This document shows positions 17,648-25,903 of a stretch of DNA of 64,000 bases, one piece after another. The notes under the pieces are model-generated. The model was not told the DNA's origin. It saw only the letters and a program-made list of their open reading frames with translations, and made no database searches. Location of the stretch: positions 955 through 64,954 of the forward strand of contig DAHWXM010000005.1 of the NCBI GenBank assembly GCA_027334165.1, given 5' to 3'. This stretch comes from Candidatus Micrarchaeota archaeon. Lineage in GTDB: Archaea; Micrarchaeota; Micrarchaeia; Micrarchaeales; CABMGC01. The translations under genes were made by a program, and so were the position numbers. Position 1 is the first letter of the stretch. Every line of letters starts with the position of its first letter.

Positions 17648-18601
17648 TCAGGCGAGATCGAGGTAGGAATACATGATTGGCAATATTATCGTCGCATCTC
17701 CATCCACGGTCACGTAACGGGCCTTCTCCTTTATCTTGCCCCACGAAACCGCCTCCGTGAGCCTTGCGCCGGATAGGCTCCCGTCGTACTGGCTTGCCGT
17801 GGTTATGTAGACCGCATAATCAAGGCCCCCCTTGAATTGGTTCCACCATATGACGTGGTGCTTGCTTATGCCTCCCCCAATCATTAACGCACCGGTCACT
17901 TTCTGGTCGAAGGAGATGTTGCTCAGCGCTATCTCATCCTTTATCAGGTTGAGCTTGAACTTCCTATCCTGTGCGAACATCGTAAGCTGCGTGCCGAAGG
18001 CGCCATCGAGTATGCCAGGACAGAATATGGGCACCTTGTTAAGGTAAGCCTGCCTTATTATGGAGTGCTCATCTTCGATCCTCTTGCCGAACTCGTTTAT
18101 GAGCTCCGATGCGCTGTACTCTTCCTTGTAATCCGGAGACTTGTATATGTCCTCCATTATTTCGGTGAAGTACCTCTCCACCGAGAGGCCGTACTCGTCC
18201 CTCCCTATGAATATGTTTCCCAGTCTGTAGATGTCGAGCTGGTGCAGTTTGTTGTCATCCGCCTCGAAACTCCCCTTGCTGTACTTGCCACCGAATGCCT
18301 TTGCCAGATCGTGGTCCAGCGTGCCTCCGGTTGTCATGATGGCATCGAAGTGCTTCACCGAGTCCGCTATCATGCCCCGCATCCCTGTTGCGATTATGTC
18401 CGCCGGAAACGATAGGAAGTTGAAGGACTTCTTGTCGGCCATCATGTCCTGCAGTATGTCAATGCCGGTTATCATGTTCTGCGCAGAGAAGCCGCCCATA
18501 TCCCTCATGTTGTCTATGAGCTGCCTTGTTGTCATGCTCTTCTCTATGCATATGTCCTTAACCCTGTTCTTCAGAAGCGCGTTCTTGTTTACCTTTGCCA
18601 T
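17648..18601 (-). CDS. dys: deoxyhypusine synthase
   Basis: MIGGGISKHHVIWWNQ...YITTASQYDGSLSGARLTEAVSWGKI is the DHS signature. Confidence 0.9.
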   Translation of the reverse strand: MAKVNKNALLKNRVKDICIEKSMTTRQLIDNMRDMGGFSAQNMITGIDILQDMMADKKSFNFLSFPADIIATGMRGMIADSVKHFDAIMTTGGTLDHDLAKAFGGKYSKGSFEADDNKLHQLDIYRLGNIFIGRDEYGLSVERYFTEIMEDIYKSPDYKEEYSASELINEFGKRIEDEHSIIRQAYLNKVPIFCPGILDGAFGTQLTMFAQDRKFKLNLIKDEIALSNISFDQKVTGALMIGGGISKHHVIWWNQFKGGLDYAVYITTASQYDGSLSGARLTEAVSWGKIKEKARYVTVDGDATIILPIMYSYLDLA

Positions 18602-18828
18602 TCATAACACCAGTCACTTTACAATACAGTAAATGGGACGCGAATTGATATAAAGCAGGCGGTGCGCCACGCCATTACCTCGGAAACCAGCACCTGAAAA
18701 CCTCCATAAATATAAACCTTTCACGGAAGAGAATCATGGTTCTGCCGCTATTCGGGAAATTTGCTCATACTTTTAAAGCTTGTTATCTAATCCTATTTTG
18801 CTTCTTTTAGAGCAGTGGTGGTAACAAG

Positions 18829-19146
18829 ATGGGTTCAAGAAAATTCAGTCTTTATGACATAGAGCAGTTCATGAGGGAAGCCGGTGCTGAGAGGATAACT
18901 GAGGATGCCATAATGGACCTGGAAAGAGAGATGGAACGCCTCGCAGAGAAAATAACCAACAAGGCGCTGAGGTACGCAGAGCATGCGGGGAGGCGCAAGC
19001 TCATAAAGCGCTCAGACGTGGCACTTACCAGAAGGCAGACGGCACCGCAGGCAAACCTCCAATACGGCCGCGCAGACTATATGAGTCCGGCAACCTTGAG
19101 GAGAAGCGCAAGGATTACAAATCCCGCCTCAATTGCAGACAGGTAG
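18829..19146 (+). CDS. archaeal histone with 35-aa C-terminal extension
   Basis: The histone fold FMREAGAERITEDAIMDLEREMERLAEKITNKALRYAEHAGRRKLIKRSDVALT matches HMf-type AGAERVS...HAGRKT. The ORF continues for another 35 aa to the stop at 19146. Confidence 0.8.
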   Translation: MGSRKFSLYDIEQFMREAGAERITEDAIMDLEREMERLAEKITNKALRYAEHAGRRKLIKRSDVALTRRQTAPQANLQYGRADYMSPATLRRSARITNPASIADR

Positions 19147-20117
19147 AGCGTGACCTCCTCCTCCCTGACTTTCTTCAGATTCATGATCAGGTGGGCCAGG
19201 CTGTAAATCCTTTTCCCGTATGGGGCGGCAAGCGTGCCATCCCGTTGCCTTATTCCCAAGTCGCTGACCTTGAATTTTCTTCTGAGGTGGAGTACGAATT
19301 CTATTATCCAGGGCATGAATATTATCACTCCGAAGACCTCCGCGTTTCCCATGACCATTATGCCTACAAGGGCGGCTCCTACTGCGTAAGTGAAGCTATC
19401 TCCGGGTATGACCTTCGCCCTGTACATGTTGAACGGCAGGAAGGCGAGCACCGAGCCGACCAGCAGCGCAGAGAGCAGGGTTCCCATGTAGTTTCCATAC
19501 ATTAGGGAGTAGGCGAGGAGACCCAGCCCTGCTATTATGGCCATCATTGGCTGCAGACCGTCAAACCCTCCTAAGAGGTTGAAGGAATTCGAAACGAATA
19601 TTATGGCAAGCGGCAGCACTACCAATGGATAGAGCAGCCCAAGGTTCACGCTTCCTAAGAATGGGAGGAGGATGCTGCTCACCCCGGCGTTTATCGCTAT
19701 CAACGGCAGCGCACCCACCAGCGTGAGCACTGGCTTCTGCCATTGCTTTAAGCCTTCCCGTATGTCCATCCTGTCCGTGCTCTTAACCCTCTTGCCCTTA
19801 ACGTTTATGTCGTCAAGGAATCCGATGAATGCAATCAGCGTTATGGAGAGCGCGGCCGCGAGCAGCCTGGTAAGCGCGTCGCGCACCGGCACAAAGATGA
19901 ATGTGGCTCCGAACGTATACACCAGTATGCCCACTATGATTCCGAATGCCACCGCAAGCCCGCCGCTGCTCGCCACCGTCACCGGCTTGTCCTTGTTCCT
20001 GTCCTCCGCTACGACTCCCGCGCCGTAAAGGTACGACATCAGGAACCTGGTGCTTATCACGGTTATGATGAATGCCAGCACTGACGGTATTATTATGGTG
20101 AGGAAACTGCTGTACAT
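19077..20117 (-). CDS. aglH: polyprenyl-phosphate GlcNAc-1-phosphate transferase (GT4 MraY/WecA/AglH family)
   Basis: Polytopic membrane protein with FIGFLDDINV and NSFNLLGGFDGL motifs. Confidence 0.8.
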   Translation of the reverse strand: MYSSFLTIIIPSVLAFIITVISTRFLMSYLYGAGVVAEDRNKDKPVTVASSGGLAVAFGIIVGILVYTFGATFIFVPVRDALTRLLAAALSITLIAFIGFLDDINVKGKRVKSTDRMDIREGLKQWQKPVLTLVGALPLIAINAGVSSILLPFLGSVNLGLLYPLVVLPLAIIFVSNSFNLLGGFDGLQPMMAIIAGLGLLAYSLMYGNYMGTLLSALLVGSVLAFLPFNMYRAKVIPGDSFTYAVGAALVGIMVMGNAEVFGVIIFMPWIIEFVLHLRRKFKVSDLGIRQRDGTLAAPYGKRIYSLAHLIMNLKKVREEEVTLYLSAIEAGFVILALLLKVAGLI

Positions 20118-20184
20118 GTTACAATAATCTTATTATATCCTTAAAAACCATACGTGCAATCGGCTCGCATTCCGGTGCCTTGCC

Positions 20185-21273
20185 ATGACGATAATTTATA
20201 CTTTGTTACTGGCCTTCACTGGGCTGGTGTTCATTTCAATGCTGTTGCTTGACGCCCGCGGCCTTCTCGGAACGAAGGGACGGACAGCAAATAGCCGTTC
20301 AGGGTTCAAACCGCGCGCTCTTGTAATAGTCCCCTGCCGCGGCACGGATCTTACCCTGACGAACAACCTGCGCTCGCTCGCGATGCAGGATTATGGCAAC
20401 TATGATCTGGTCGCGGTCGTAGATTCGAAGAACGATGCCGCAGTGCCAACACTGAAAAAGGAAGGGATCGACTTCCTGGTATGCGGGAATCCGCGCAGAA
20501 GCAGCAGCGGCAAGGTGCATGCGATACTCCATGCAATAGGGCACACGCGTTTGCAGAAGGTCATAGTCATTGCGGATTCCGACATAACTGCCGGGAAGCG
20601 CTGGCTATCCGGGCTCGTTGCGCCTCTTGCGGACGAGAGCATCGGCATCTCCACCACATTTCCATTCTTCAATCCTGTAGGGGGATTCTGGTCCAGGGTC
20701 AAGATGGTCTGGGGATTCGTCGGAGAGGGCATGATGGGATCTGAGTTCACGCGTTTCGGGTGGGGCGGATCCCTGGCATTCAGACGCGACCTGATAGACA
20801 AGGATTTTCTGCACATGGCAACGGATTCCCCCTACGCGATATCCGATGACATATGTGTCACTAGGGCTGCAAGGGAACGCGGGCTGGGAATAGCGTATGT
20901 CAAGGACGCTCAACCGACAGTGAATTCTGCCGAAAACTTCGCCGCGTTTTGGGAATGGGCCAACAGACAGACGGCGCTGAGTCGCATGGGGTATCCTGCA
21001 ACGTCCTGGTTTGGAATCGCATACTATTCTGCCGAGATACTCCTGATGCTTTCTGGGGTTGCACTCTCTGCCTTTGTATCACCCCTGTTTGTCGTGTACC
21101 TGCTTCATGCCGCAAGGGGCTCAGTGAGGGACGCATCGAGGGCCAGGGTCCATCGCGCGTTCTCCGCAGTCATGTCACCTTTCATGCCATTCATATACAT
21201 GGCAAATCTTCTCTCCGCAAGCCGAATGCGGAAAATCACGTGGAGAGGCAGGCAATACTCCCTGCGGCGGTAA
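20185..21273 (+). CDS. membrane glycosyltransferase, GT2 (GT21-like)
   Basis: ALVIVPCRGTD...DLVAVVDSKND...VIADSDI...GGSLAFRR are DxD-type GT-A motifs. There is an N-terminal TM helix and C-terminal TM helices. Confidence 0.7.
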   Translation: MTIIYTLLLAFTGLVFISMLLLDARGLLGTKGRTANSRSGFKPRALVIVPCRGTDLTLTNNLRSLAMQDYGNYDLVAVVDSKNDAAVPTLKKEGIDFLVCGNPRRSSSGKVHAILHAIGHTRLQKVIVIADSDITAGKRWLSGLVAPLADESIGISTTFPFFNPVGGFWSRVKMVWGFVGEGMMGSEFTRFGWGGSLAFRRDLIDKDFLHMATDSPYAISDDICVTRAARERGLGIAYVKDAQPTVNSAENFAAFWEWANRQTALSRMGYPATSWFGIAYYSAEILLMLSGVALSAFVSPLFVVYLLHAARGSVRDASRARVHRAFSAVMSPFMPFIYMANLLSASRMRKITWRGRQYSLRR

Positions 21274-21383
21274 CCGTTTGCGCACGACTTGCGCATCACA
21301 CCTAAGAGTAAAAACAATTAATAACCTAACAAACAGTATATCTTTACGCACAACAATGCGATTGCGCGCTTACGGATGGTTGC

Positions 21384-22052
21384 ATGCTCCTTGACAGACT
21401 GTTCAAAACAAAAAAGCCCAAAGGCAGGATAACCGGCATAAACATACGATTCATGGGCGAGACCCACACGCTTCCCGGTAAGGAGATAACCGGCAGTACC
21501 ATGGAAATTGAAATACCCTTCCAGAACAAGATTGGTGGAAACCTCCTCCCGGACATGCTTAAGGTGCCGCCGATAACCGTCGAGAAGGTCGATGTGGCTC
21601 AGCCGTTCAAGCTCCTCGACATGGAGCCCAAGCTTCCCACAAAGGTGGAGTTCATGTCACACGTGATATTCAAATTGAGGGTGGCTTCTCCGCAGACAGG
21701 GTACAGCGGCCCGATGTCCGTGTCGTTCTCCAATTCATCCTCTGATCTTATCTCGATAAATGTGAATGGGGTGACGATAAGCTCAAAAAGTGACAGCATA
21801 GCGCTGGACGACTCCGCATTCATAATGAATCTCCAGAAGGGTCAAATATTCAAGAAGAGCGTCCAGATGTTCAAGCTTTTCGGGTATAACGACAGGGTAG
21901 ATTCGGTTGGGGTGAGCAAGCCGTTTGAGGTGGTGAGCACTTCACCACGCATGCCGATATCGCTAGATCACAAGGACAGTTACATAGTGGACATTTACAT
22001 AAAGGCCCCGGACTTCAACTACGCCGGCGGGCTCGATATTAAATTTGGCTGA
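21384..22052 (+). CDS. hypothetical protein with two beta-sandwich-like repeats
   Basis: Internal repeat: VEKVDVAQPFKLLDMEPKLP...YSGPMSVSF versus VDSVGVSKPFEVVSTSPRMP...YAGGLDIKF. It overlaps the next gene by 8 nt. Confidence 0.5.
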   Translation: MLLDRLFKTKKPKGRITGINIRFMGETHTLPGKEITGSTMEIEIPFQNKIGGNLLPDMLKVPPITVEKVDVAQPFKLLDMEPKLPTKVEFMSHVIFKLRVASPQTGYSGPMSVSFSNSSSDLISINVNGVTISSKSDSIALDDSAFIMNLQKGQIFKKSVQMFKLFGYNDRVDSVGVSKPFEVVSTSPRMPISLDHKDSYIVDIYIKAPDFNYAGGLDIKFG

Positions 22053-22956
22053 TCTCATGAATCATATCGTTTCGATACCCTTAGATTCCGAACTCGCATC
22101 GTTCATTGGAAAGAAAGGCTCGGAGGACGGTCTGACGTTCTTTGACCGGAAGGTCGGAAACGACATCATCGTGCTCCTGTACCCTACTAACGCAAAGGAG
22201 AAGCCGTACAGCATAGCAGAATCGATGCTCGTATCGGAACAGATACTGCTAAGCACAAAAAACGTGGACAAGGAGTTCGGCGAGGCTCTTGTTGCGGCAT
22301 CCCTTCTGGAGAAGCGTGTCATACTCACTGACGATAATGACGTCAATGGTCTCCTGGCAAACGGCATATTGAAGGACTTCAGCGTTACGCCGCGCGACAA
22401 GTTGCTTGATAAGATACTTGAACATGGGGCAAGGGCGGGCACAGAAATGGTCCGCATAGACATAGACAAGGCGTTTCCCGTGCATGGTGTAGGCACGGTT
22501 GTGCTTGGCGTTGTCATCTCGGGAACGGTGAAGGTGCACGATACGCTATATCACAGCTCGGGAAAGCAGGGTAGCGTCAGGTCTATACAGAGCCAGGATG
22601 TGGATGTGCAGGCTGCCGGCCCCGGCACGCGCGTAGGGCTCGCCATGAAGGGCATAGAGCATGAAGATATGGGCAAGGGTTCCACGCTCTCATCAGTGAG
22701 GATATCTCCTGCTAAAAGAATCTCGGTTAAGGTAAAAACAAGCCCCATAGCGAAGGAAGAAGTTAAGGACGGCGCAACTTATCTTGTGGTGTCAAACTTC
22801 TCGCATTCGATGGCAAAGGTCCTGCGCTCAGGAGAAACAATGGAGCTCGAGCTCGAGAAGCCCATACCTGTGCTCAGCGGTGACGGGATTTTCCTGGTAA
22901 GGAATCAAACACCGCGACTGTTCGCTTCCGGAAGCATAGTGAGTGCTTCTGCCTGA
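22045..22956 (+). CDS. EF-Tu domain-2 protein with degenerate G-domain
   Basis: VHGVGTVVLGVVISGTVKVHDTLYHSSGKQGSVRSIQSQDVDVQAAGPGTRVGLAMKGI is a clear EF-Tu/SelB domain II. The N-terminal 140 aa lack the G1/G3/G4 motifs. Confidence 0.6.
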   Translation: MADLMNHIVSIPLDSELASFIGKKGSEDGLTFFDRKVGNDIIVLLYPTNAKEKPYSIAESMLVSEQILLSTKNVDKEFGEALVAASLLEKRVILTDDNDVNGLLANGILKDFSVTPRDKLLDKILEHGARAGTEMVRIDIDKAFPVHGVGTVVLGVVISGTVKVHDTLYHSSGKQGSVRSIQSQDVDVQAAGPGTRVGLAMKGIEHEDMGKGSTLSSVRISPAKRISVKVKTSPIAKEEVKDGATYLVVSNFSHSMAKVLRSGETMELELEKPIPVLSGDGIFLVRNQTPRLFASGSIVSASA

Positions 22957-22957
22957 G

Positions 22958-23521
22958 CTACACCGATCCCCAAAGGTCCCAGAATTCCCTCCTCAGTTTC
23001 TCCACCGCGGCTTTCTCTGTGGTTATCTCTATGTGCTCTATATTGCTGTGCATTCCCCTGTACGTGAGATTCGCAGAGCCGTTTATCGCCATCCTGTCAG
23101 ACACATAAATCTTGGCGTGCACGAAGTTCTTGGGCATCCTGAGCGATATCATGTTCCTGCCAAAGACCTTGAACACGGCGAATCTAAGGAATATCACGGA
23201 TGCGGAAAGCAGCAGTATCGCTGCGGACAGGAAGCCCAGCACGGATACAGCGTAATCTATGCAAAGGACAAGCGTCGCGAACAGCACTACCCCTATCGGG
23301 GAGCTCCTCGAGGTGAGTATCCTTGCCGCGCCTCTATCCAGTGACGATGACACCACGTAGAATCTTCTGGCGTGTGCGTTCTTCCTTATGAATGCGGCAT
23401 AATACGGATCTATGTACGGCGAGACTATGCAGACCTCATTTCCGCTCCTTATCAACTTTTCCACGTACCTGTAGCTCTCTCGACCGTGCACGTATCTGTT
23501 TCCATCGGAAAGCAAGGCCAT
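22958..23521 (-). CDS. single-HKD phospholipase D/nuclease-family protein with internal TM hairpin
   Basis: HKD motif HAKIYVSDRMAINGSANLT. Two hydrophobic helices (IGVVLFATLVLCIDYAVSVLGFLSAAILLLSASVIFL) lie upstream of it. I trimmed track ORF 22958..24067 to ATG 23521. Confidence 0.7.
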   Translation of the reverse strand: MALLSDGNRYVHGRESYRYVEKLIRSGNEVCIVSPYIDPYYAAFIRKNAHARRFYVVSSSLDRGAARILTSRSSPIGVVLFATLVLCIDYAVSVLGFLSAAILLLSASVIFLRFAVFKVFGRNMISLRMPKNFVHAKIYVSDRMAINGSANLTYRGMHSNIEHIEITTEKAAVEKLRREFWDLWGSV

Positions 23522-23558
23522 GATATAAATTAGTTGGGCAAAGTATAAATTGCATCTG
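23522..23558. promoter_or_regulatory. compact divergent promoter (two TATA-like boxes, both genes probably leaderless)
   Basis: The 37-nt spacer is gATATAAATtagttgggcaaaGTATAAATtgcatctg. ATATAAAT sits about 30 nt before ATG 23559 on the plus strand. The complement of GTATAAAT (ATTTATAC) sits about 25 nt before ATG 23521 on the minus strand. Confidence 0.35.
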
Positions 23559-24518
23559 ATGGGCGATCGCTTGGACACAGCGGAACTTGCTAGGCAAACG
23601 AGGTACTTCTTCAACGAGGAATACCTGCACTGTAGAATATACGGGGAACTGGCTGCGAAAGAGAAGAATGGCCACCTGAAGCGCATACTGGGTCGCCTGT
23701 CAGAAGACGAAAAAAGGCACATGAGGTTCTGGGAAGGAATCTCCGGTACATATCTGCACAGACAAATCTCCGTCTCAGCGCTCACACGGGCAAAGGTGCG
23801 AGTCTTCATGTTACTCAGGAATGCGTTCAGCATAGCGTTTGTCAACCGGCTCATGGAGCGAAACGAGCGCGCGGTGCTTGGGCGATACGGGTGCATCCTT
23901 TCCGCAGGCCTGCTCAAAGAGAGAGATGCGACAAGGATCCGGGCCATAATGTCGGATGAGGCTTCACACGGCAAGAGGCTGGGCGGAGACGTGGCATCGT
24001 ACGAGGAGAACATCAACCACATTCGTTCAGTAATACTCGGCCTGAATGACGGCATAGTAGAGGTCATGGCTGCAATAGCGGGCTTTGCGGTCCTGGCCCA
24101 ATCTCACCTGACCGTTGTGCTAGTCGGTGCGATCCTCGGCATATCCGGCACCTTATCCATGGCCGGCGGCGCATACCTGTCCTCAAAATCCGAGATGCTG
24201 CTTGACGGAAATTCTGGTTCTGACGAAAATGGGCGGTCACCTCTGTCGGAGGCCATGTACACGGGACTTTACTACCTATCCGGCGCAATTATTGTGGTCG
24301 CCCCGTTCATATTCGGCTTTTCGGGATTCGTTGGCATAGGCATCTCAATCCTTCTGGCGGCGATCGTCCTTTCCATTGCGTCAACTCTTGTGGCGGTGAT
24401 AAGCCGAACCAGCATCGTAAAAAGGGTATTCGAGATGCTTGCCATAACACTTACCGCGTCCGCATTAACCATACTGCTCGGACTCGTGTTGAAGACACGC
24501 TTCGGTGTCAGCATCTGA
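23559..24518 (+). CDS. VIT1/CCC1-family Fe/Mn transporter with N-terminal ferritin-like domain
   Basis: The ferritin/rubrerythrin-like segment is EEYLHCRIYGELA...EDEKRHMRFWE. The VIT1 motifs are VILGLNDGIVEV and SMAGGAYLSSKSE, followed by C-terminal TM helices. Confidence 0.8.
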   Translation: MGDRLDTAELARQTRYFFNEEYLHCRIYGELAAKEKNGHLKRILGRLSEDEKRHMRFWEGISGTYLHRQISVSALTRAKVRVFMLLRNAFSIAFVNRLMERNERAVLGRYGCILSAGLLKERDATRIRAIMSDEASHGKRLGGDVASYEENINHIRSVILGLNDGIVEVMAAIAGFAVLAQSHLTVVLVGAILGISGTLSMAGGAYLSSKSEMLLDGNSGSDENGRSPLSEAMYTGLYYLSGAIIVVAPFIFGFSGFVGIGISILLAAIVLSIASTLVAVISRTSIVKRVFEMLAITLTASALTILLGLVLKTRFGVSI

Positions 24519-24521
24519 TTC

Positions 24522-25775
24522 TCACAGTTTGCTAAAGCCGTACGCGCTGACTATCATGAGCGCACCGGCTCCAACAAACACGGACCAGAAACCGAAGTCC
24601 ACCGCCATGAGTCCTGATGCGAATGCGCCTATGAAGTTGCCTACCCCTGCTATCGTGCTGTAGTATCCAAGCCACCTGCCACCCTGTTCGCCTTTCAGCG
24701 TGTTGAACAGGAGCGTGTACGAGCCCACGTAGAACACCGAGTAAGCTATGCCGGCTGCGGTTATGTACAGTAGCATGTTGGCGTAAAAGAAGTGCGACCC
24801 CCCAAGGATCACGAAACTGATGCCTATGAGCATGTAGCAGATGCCCCTAACCCCGACGAACTTGAACGGTATCGGATTCCTCTTCGTTGCGCTTATCACA
24901 AGATGCGAGTACCTGAATGCTATTGCCTGGAGGACCATCGCTATGAATATTATCTCGAACACGCCCGATTGGGAAATTCCATGGTACTTCAGGCCTACCA
25001 CATACTCCCCGTTGAAGATTCCGGTGCCTAAGTAGAATATCAGGCTTGTCAGGTACAGCAGGTACAGGTAGCTTCTCCTGAACTCGTTTATCTTCTTCAG
25101 GCTTATGGTGTTCATCAGGTAGTATACCGGCATCTTCACTATCAGGTTCTGCGGCATGAACAGATTCTTCAGGAACCTTCCGAAATCGCGTATGTGCACT
25201 TCGTGCCTCTGCGGCCTGAACTTGTCGTTTATCATGAATATCGATAGTAGGAACGAGGCGAACACTGATGCTGATAGCACTACTATCAGCACGCTCAGGC
25301 TCGAGTAGATGGTTGCAACAACACCGATTATTAGCCCTATCACGTTGCCAAAGCTGGTTATTGTCTGCAGTAGTGAGAACCTGCCAGACCACATGTCCTT
25401 AGGAGACGTGTCCATGACCAGCAGATTGAGTGGAGTCGAGCTCGCTCCTGTCATGAATGCTATGCCTGCGTAGGAGAATATTATTGCTGTTATATCCTTC
25501 TCGAAAAGCAGGAAGCCGAGCAGCACAGCAGTCACAAGGTACGACAGCAGTATGAGCGTCTTGCGCCTCACCGTGTCGGCTATCCTGCCCCAGACGAAAG
25601 ACGACGGTATGGAGACCGCGTTGTAAACAGCTATGGCCAGCGCAACCGCGATGACGCTGCCGCCCGTAGCGAGTATGTACAATGGTATGAGCGTGCTAAG
25701 TGGGCCAGAGGCGATGTTCGCCGGTATCGTGGTGTACATCCACGCGCTGCTGCTTACCTGTTTGTCTTCAGGCAT
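24522..25775 (-). CDS. MFS transporter
   Basis: About 12 hydrophobic helices. An MFS loop-2/3-like GRIADTVRRK motif is present. Confidence 0.75.
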   Translation of the reverse strand: MPEDKQVSSSAWMYTTIPANIASGPLSTLIPLYILATGGSVIAVALAIAVYNAVSIPSSFVWGRIADTVRRKTLILLSYLVTAVLLGFLLFEKDITAIIFSYAGIAFMTGASSTPLNLLVMDTSPKDMWSGRFSLLQTITSFGNVIGLIIGVVATIYSSLSVLIVVLSASVFASFLLSIFMINDKFRPQRHEVHIRDFGRFLKNLFMPQNLIVKMPVYYLMNTISLKKINEFRRSYLYLLYLTSLIFYLGTGIFNGEYVVGLKYHGISQSGVFEIIFIAMVLQAIAFRYSHLVISATKRNPIPFKFVGVRGICYMLIGISFVILGGSHFFYANMLLYITAAGIAYSVFYVGSYTLLFNTLKGEQGGRWLGYYSTIAGVGNFIGAFASGLMAVDFGFWSVFVGAGALMIVSAYGFSKL

Positions 25776-25903
25776 AATGGTCGCTGGGGTTCTAGGCCCC
25801 TTGCCTTGGAACTTAAAGGACTGGCAATTGAGTATCGCTGCGCATATTTATAAACATCTCCATGAATGCGTCCAATCCTGTGTTACGTCATCGTTGCGGT
25901 GGC

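Noticed and set aside
23522-24067. N-terminal 182 codons of the track ORF 22958..24067 (minus)
   Set aside because: This part is antisense to the well-supported VIT1/ferritin gene and has no motif. The HKD protein starts at the internal ATG 23521, directly behind a TATA-containing spacer.
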